Origin: Eledone cirrhosa
Lineage: Eukaryota
Assembly: GCA_964016885.1 (NCBI GenBank)
Contig: OZ024762.1
Coordinates: forward strand, 30,008,001 to 30,072,000
Direction: 5' to 3'
DNA length: 64,000 nucleotides
Below, piece after piece: positions 58,101 through 64,000 of the stretch. The translations under genes and the position numbers were made by a program. Position 1 is the first letter of the stretch. The number at the start of each line of letters is the position of its first letter. The notes beneath the pieces were generated by a model, which had not been told where the DNA came from, did no database searches, and saw only the letters and a list, made by a program, of their open reading frames with translations.

Positions 58101-61100
58101 ATTTAAGTTCATGGTATTAGCTGTCAGAAGTAACTCCACTGTTGGTGAGAATTCATTTAAGTCATGGTATTAGCTGTCAGAAGTAACTCCATTGTTGGTG
58201 AGAATTCATTTAAGTCATGGTACTAGCTGTCAGAAGTAACTCCACTGTTGGTGAGAATTCATTTAATTTCATGGTATTAGCTGTCAGAAGGAACTCCACT
58301 GTTGGTGAGAATTCATTTAAGTTCATGGTATTAGCTGTCAGAAGTAACTCCACTGTTGGTGAGAATTCATTTTAGTTCATGGTACTAGCTGTCAGAAGTA
58401 ACTCCACTGTTGGTGAGAATTCATTTAAGTTCATGTTACTAGCTGTCAGAAGGAACTCCACTGTTGGTGAGAATTCATTTAAGTTCATGGTGCTAGCTGT
58501 CAGAAGTAACTCCGCTGTTGGTGAGAATTCATTTAAGTTCATGGTATTAGTTTGTCAGAAGTAACTCCACTGTTGGTGAGAATTCATTTAAGTCATGGTA
58601 TTAGTTGTCAGAAGTAACTCCAATGTTGGTGAGAATTCATTTAAGTTCATGGTACTAGCTGTCAGAAGGAACTCCACTGTTGGTGAGAATTCATTTAAGT
58701 TCATGGTATTAGCTGTCAGAAGTAACTCCACTGTTGGTGAGAATTCATTTAAGTCATGGTATTAGCTGTCAGAAGTAACTCCAATGTTGGTGAGAATTCA
58801 TTTAAGTCATGGTACTAGCTGTCAGAAGTAACTCCAATGTTGGTGAGAATTCATTTAAGTTCATGTTATTAGCTGTCAGAAGGAACTCCACTGTTGGTGA
58901 GAATTCATTTAAGTTCATGGTATTAGCTGTCAGAAGTAACTCCACTGTTGGTGAGAATTCATTTAAGTTCATGGTACTAGCTGTCAGAAGTAACTCCACT
59001 GTTGGTGAGAATTCATTTAAGTTCATGGTACTAGCTGTCAGAAGTAACTCCACTGTTGGTGAGAATTCATTTAAGTTCATGGTACTAGCTGTCAGAAGTA
59101 ACTCCACTGTTGGTGAGAATTCATTTAAGTTCATGGTATTAGCTGTCAGAAGTAACTCCACTGTTGGTGAGAATTCATTTAAGTCATGGTATTAGCTGTC
59201 ACAAGTAACTCCATTGTTGGTGAGAATTCATTTAAGTCATGGTACTAGCTGTCAGAAGTAACTCCACTGTTGGTGAGAATTCATTTAAGTTCATGGTATT
59301 AGCTGTCAGAAGGAACTCCACTGTTGGTGAGAATTCATTTAAGTTCATGGTATTAGCTGTCAGAAGTAACTCCACTGTTGGTGAGAATTCATTTTAGTTC
59401 ATGGTACTAGCTGTCAGAAGTAACTCCACTGTTGGTGAGAATTCATTTAAGTTCATGGTACTAGCTGTCAGAAGGAACTCCAATGTTGGTGAGAATTCAT
59501 TTAAGTCATGGTACTAGCTGTCAGAAGTAACTCCACTGTTGGTGAGAATTCGTTTAAGTTCATGGTATTAGCTGTCAGAAGGAACTCCACTGTTGGTGAG
59601 AATTCAGTTAAGTTCATGGTATTAGTTGTCAGAAGTAACTCCACTGTTGGTGAGAATTCATTTAAATCATGGTATTAGTTGTCAGAAGTAACTCCAATGT
59701 TGGTGAGAATTCATTTAAGTTCATGGTACTAGCTGTCAGAAGTAACTCCACTGTTGGTGAGAATTCATTTAAGTTCATGGTATTAGCTGTCAGAAGTAAC
59801 TCCACTGTTGGTGAGAATTCATTTAAGTCATGGTATTAGCTGTCAGAAGTAACTCCATTGTTGGTGAGAATTCATTTAAGTCATGGTACTAGCTGTCAGA
59901 AGTAACTCCACTGTTGGTGAGAATTCATTTAAGTTCATGGTATTAGCTGTCAGAAGGAACTCCACTGTTGGTGAGAATTCATTTAAGTTCATGGTATTAG
60001 CTGTCAGAAGTAACTCCACTGTTGGTGAGAATTCATTTAAGTTCATGGTATTAGCTGTCAGAAGTAACTCCACTGTTGGTGAGAATTCATTTAAGTTCAT
60101 GGTACTAGCTGTCAGAAGTAACTCCACTGTTGGTGAGAATTCATTTAAGTTCATGGTATTAGCTGTCAGAAGTAACTCCACTGTTGGTGAGAATTCATTT
60201 AAGTCATGGTTTTAGCTATCAGAAGTAACTCCATTGTTGGTGAGAATTCATTTATGTCATGGTACTAGCTGTCAGAAGTAACTCCACTGTTGGTGAGAAT
60301 TCATTTAAGTTCATGGTACTAGCTGTCAGAAGTAACTCCACTGTTGGTGAGAATTCAGTTAAGTTCATGGTATTAGTTGTCAGAAGTAACTCCACTGTTG
60401 GTGAGAATTCATTTAAATCATGGTATTAGTTGTCAGAAGTAACTCCAATGTTGGTGAGAATTCATTTAAGTTCATGGTACTAGCTGTCAGAAGTAACTCC
60501 ACTGTTGGTGAGAATTCATTTAAGTTCATGGTATTAGCTGTCAGAAGTAACTCCACTGTTGGTGAGAATTCATTTAAGTCATGGTATTAGCTGTCAGAAG
60601 TAACTCCATTGTTGGTGAGAATTCATTTAAGTCATGGTACTAGCTGTCAGAAGTAACTCCACTGTTGGTGAGAATTCATTTAATTTCATGGTATTAGCTG
60701 TCAGAAGGAACTCCACTGTTGGTGAGAATTCATTTAAGTTCATGGTATTAGCTGTCAGAAGTAACTCCACTGTTGGTGAGAATTCATTTTAGTTCATGGT
60801 ACTAGCTGTCAGAAGTAACTCCACTGTTGGTGAGAATTCATTTAAGTTCATGTTACTAGCTGTCAGAAGGAACTCCACTGTTGGTGAGAATTCATTTAAG
60901 TTCATGGTGCTAGCTGTCAGAAGTAACTCCGCTGTTGGTGAGAATTCATTTAAGTTCATGGTATTAGTTTGTCAGAAGTAACTCCACTGTTGGTGAGAAT
61001 TCATTTAAGTCATGGTATTAGTTGTCAGAAGTAACTCCAATGTTGGTGAGAATTCATTTAAGTTCATGGTACTAGCTGTCAGAAGGAACTCCACTGTTGG

Positions 61101-61650
61101 TGAGAATTCATTTAAGTTCATGGTATTAGCTGTCAGAAGTAACTCCACTGTTGGTGAGAATTCATTTAAGTCATGGTATTAGCTGTCAGAAGTAACTCCA
61201 ATGTTGGTGAGAATTCATTTAAGTCATGGTACTAGCTGTCAGAAGTAACTCCAATGTTGGTGAGAATTCATTTAAGTTCATGTTATTAGCTGTCAGAAGG
61301 AACTCCACTGTTGGTGAGAATTCATTTAAGTTCATGGTATTAGCTGTCAGAAGTAACTCCACTGTCGGTGAGAATTCATTTAAGTTCATGGTACTAGCTG
61401 TCAGAAGTAACTCCACTGTTGGTGAGAATTCATTTAAGTTCATGGTACTAGCTGTCAGAAGTAACTCCACTGTTGGTGAGAATTCATTTAAGTTCATGGT
61501 ACTAGCTGTCAGAAGTAACTCCACTGTTGGTGAGAATTCATTTAAGTTCATGGTACTAGCTGTCAGAAGTAACTCCACTGTTGGTGAGAATTCATTTAAG
61601 TTCATGGTATTAGCTGTCAGAAGTAACTCCACTCTTGGTGAGAATTCATT
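40330..61650. repeat. Domain built on a 2417-bp (45-monomer) higher-order repeat, about 7 full or partial copies
   Basis: The diagnostic monomer ggTtttagctAtc ends ORFs at 41561, 43978, 46073, 48490, 53225, 57798 and 60215. Exact 2417 offsets: 41229/43646, 45741/48158, 46654/49071, 51389/53806, 57466/59883, 58379/60796. Confidence 0.9.
46430..55900. repeat. Tandem duplication of a 4735-bp (88-monomer) block, 2 near-identical copies
   Basis: Offset 4735: 46654/51389, 47084/51819, 48158/52893, 49071/53806, 49501/54236, 49988/54723, 50365/55100, 50958/55693. The private variant ggtgtgaatt occurs at 50991/55726 only. Confidence 0.9.
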
Positions 61651-64000
61651 TAAGTTCATGGTACTAGCTGTCAGAAGTAATCCCAAATGTTGGTGAGAAT
61701 TCATTTAAGTTCATGGTATTAGCTGTCAGAAGTCACTCCAATGTTGGTGAGAATTCATTTAAGTTCATGGTATTAGCTGTCAGAAGTCACTCCACTGTTG
61801 GTGAGAATTCATTTAAGTTCATGGTACTAGCTGTCAGAAGTAACCCCAATGTTGGTGAGAATTCATTTAAGTTCATGGTATTAGCTGTCAGAAGTCACTC
61901 CAATGTTGGTGAGAATTCATTTAAGTTCATGGTATTAGCTGTCAGAAGTAACTCCACTGTTGGTGAGAATTCATTTAAGTTCATGGTATTAGCTGTCAGA
62001 AGTAACTCCACTGTTGGTGAGAATTCATTTAATTTCATGGTATTAGCTGTCAGAAGGAACTCCAATGTTGGTGAGAATTCATTTAAGTCATGGTACTAGC
62101 TGTCAGAAGTAACTCCACTGTTGGTGAGAATTCATTTAAGTTCATGGTATTAGCTGTCAGAAGGAACGCCACTGTTGGTGAGAATTCATTTAAGTTCATG
62201 GTATTAGCTGTCAGAAGTAACTCCACTGTTGGTGAGAATTCATTTAAGTTCATGGTACTAGCTGTCAGAAGTAACTCCAATGTTGGTGAGAATTCATTTA
62301 AGTTCATGGTATTAGCTGTCAGAAGGAACTCCACTGTTGGTGAGAATTCATTTAAGTTCATGGTATTAGTTGTCAGAAGTAACTCCACTGTTGGTGAGAA
62401 TTCATTTAAGTTCATGGTGCTAGTTGTCAGAAGTAACTCCACTGTTGGTGAGAATTCATTTAAGTTCATGGTATTAGTTGTCAGAAGTAACTCCACTGTT
62501 GGTGAGAATTCATTTAAGTCATGGTATTAGTTGTCAGAAGTAACTCCAATGTTGGTGAGAATTCATTTAAGTTCATGGTACTAGCTGTCAGAAGTAACTC
62601 CACTGTTGGTGAGAGTTCATTTAAGTTCATGGTATTAGCTGTCAGAAGTAACTCCATTGTTGGTGAGAATTCATTTAAGTCATGGTACTAGCTGTCAGAA
62701 GTAACTCCACTGTTGGTGAGAATTCATTTAAGTTCATGGTATTAGCTGTCAGAAGGAACTCCACTGTTGGTGAGAATTCATTTTAGTTCATGGTACTAGC
62801 TGTCAGAAGTAACTCCACTGTTGGTGAGAATTCATTTAAGTTCATGTTACTAGCTGTCAGAAGGAACTCCACTGTTGGTGAGAATTCATTTAAGTTCATG
62901 GTGCTAGCTGTCAGAAGTAACTCCGCTGTTGGTGAGAATTCATTTAAGTTCATGGTATTAGTTTGTCAGAAGTAACTCCACTGTTGGTGAGAATTCATTT
63001 AAGTCATGGTATTAGTTGTCAGAAGTAACTCCAATGTTGGTGAGAATTCATTTAAGTTCATGGTACTAGCTGTCAGAAGGAACTCCACTGTTGGTGAGAA
63101 TTCATTTAAGTTCATGGTATTAGCTGTCAGAAGTAACTCCACTGTTGGTGAGAATTCATTTAAGTCATGGTATTAGCTGTCAGAAGTAACTCCAATGTTG
63201 GTGAGAATTCATTTAAGTCATGGTACTAGCTGTCAGAAGTAACTCCAATGTTGGTGAGAATTCATTTAAGTTCATGTTATTAGCTGTCAGAAGGAACTCC
63301 ACTGTTGGTGAGAATTCATTTAAGTTCATGGTATTAGCTGTCAGAAGTAACTCCACTGTTGGTGAGAATTCATTTAAGTTCATGGTACTAGCTGTCAGAA
63401 GTAACTCCACTGTTGGTGAGAATTCATTTAAGTTCATGGTACTAGCTGTCAGAAGTAACTCCACTGTTGGTGAGAATTCATTTAAGTTCATGGTACTAGC
63501 TGTCAGAAGTAACTCCACTGTTGGTGAGAATTCATTTAAGTTCATGGTACTAGCTGTCAGAAGTAACTCCACTGTTGGTGAGAATTCATTTAAGTTCATG
63601 GTATTAGCTGTCAGAAGTAACTCCACTCTTGGTGAGAATTCATTTAAGTTCATGGTACTAGCTGTCAGAAGTAATCCCAAATGTTGGTGAGAATTCATTT
63701 AAGTTCATGGTATTAGCTGTCAGAAGTCACTCCAATGTTGGTGAGAATTCATTTAAGTTCATGGTATTAGCTGTCAGAAGTCACTCCACTGTTGGTGAGA
63801 ATTCATTTAAGTTCATGGTACTAGCTGTCAGAAGTAACCCCAATGTTGGTGAGAATTCATTTAAGTTCATGGTATTAGCTGTCAGAAGTCACTCCAATGT
63901 TGGTGAGAATTCATTTAAGTTCATGGTATTAGCTGTCAGAAGTAACTCCACTGTTGGTGAGAATTCATTTAAGTTCATGGTATTAGCTGTCAGAAGTAAC
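60780..64000. repeat. Repeat of a 1994-bp (37-monomer) block; second copy truncated by the window edge
   Basis: Offset 1994: ORFs 60796/62790 and 61226/63220; aatcccaaat insertion monomer, ORF ends 61696/63690. Confidence 0.8.

Larger units (their letters stand above)
1..64000. repeat. 54-bp-monomer tandem satellite DNA array (about 1,190 head-to-tail copies, mixed 53/54/55-bp monomers), extending beyond both window ends
   Basis: Bases 1-54 (agaagtaactccactgttggtgagaattcatttaagttcatggtattagctgtc) recur continuously to position 64000, typically with 0-3 differences per copy. Common polymorphisms: gtaCta/gtaTta, gCtgtc/gTtgtc, agTaac/agGaac, ccaCt/ccaAt/ccaTt, caTtta/caGtta, aagTtc/aagtc. Copy number is estimated from a mean unit of about 53.7-53.8 bp (1613/30, 2417/45). 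Confidence 0.99.

Noticed and set aside
139-63698. All ORFs in the six-frame track as protein-coding genes (e.g. a giant repeat or mucin-like protein)
   Set aside because: They are translations of the 54-bp monomer, frameshifted every 1-13 units by 53/55-bp variants. There is no unique N- or C-terminal domain, no bias to synonymous change, and mirror ORFs occur on both strands.
1-64000. CRISPR array or other repeat-spacer system
   Set aside because: There are no unique spacers, because the entire 54-bp period is conserved, and there are no cas genes or leader.
1-64000. 53-bp monomers as random sequencing indel errors
   Set aside because: Their positions are reproduced exactly between duplicated blocks (constant offsets over kilobases) and they are linked to specific substitutions.
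1-64000. Rolling-circle or concatemer artefact, synthetic array, or information encoded in the variant order
   Set aside because: Variants are hierarchically shared, domain-restricted and nested, as expected from natural duplication and mutation. Nothing beyond duplication history is needed to explain the order.
1-64000. Embedded transposon, inversion, tRNA/rRNA or unique island
   Set aside because: None seen on reading through. Gaps in the ORF track (e.g. 40380-41222, 56617-57459) are ordinary monomers with closely spaced indels or tttTag stop variants.

Overview
The whole 64,000-bp window is one uninterrupted, head-to-tail tandem satellite DNA array. It is built from a 54-bp monomer (consensus AGAAGTAACTCCACTGTTGGTGAGAATTCATTTAAGTTCATGGTAYTAGCTGTC; about 37-39% GC; one EcoRI site; no CpG) in roughly 1,190 copies, and it runs off both window edges. 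About a quarter of the monomers are a 53-bp variant (AAGTTCATG to AAGTCATG), and there are three rarer +1-bp variants. I saw no genes, RNA genes, transposon insertions, unique spacers or inversions. Every ORF in the track is an artefact of a stop-free 18-codon monomer, broken by the 53/55-bp indels. The real information lies in the variant pattern. It shows a nested hierarchy of higher-order repeats and tandem segmental duplications (215, 1237, 1613, 1994, 2096, 2417, 2685, 2689, about 4.5-4.7 kb, 4735 and about 4.9 kb) arranged in three sub-family domains (left about 0-22 kb, middle about 16.6-37 kb, right about 39-64 kb), with a more diverged junction zone at about 33-40 kb. This is what eukaryotic centromeric, pericentromeric or other heterochromatic satellite looks like. 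I cannot assign the species or a named satellite family from memory, and I found no evidence for a novel gene-encoded system. Block boundaries are approximate (within about one monomer); offsets are taken from ORF-track coordinates and diagnostic variants.
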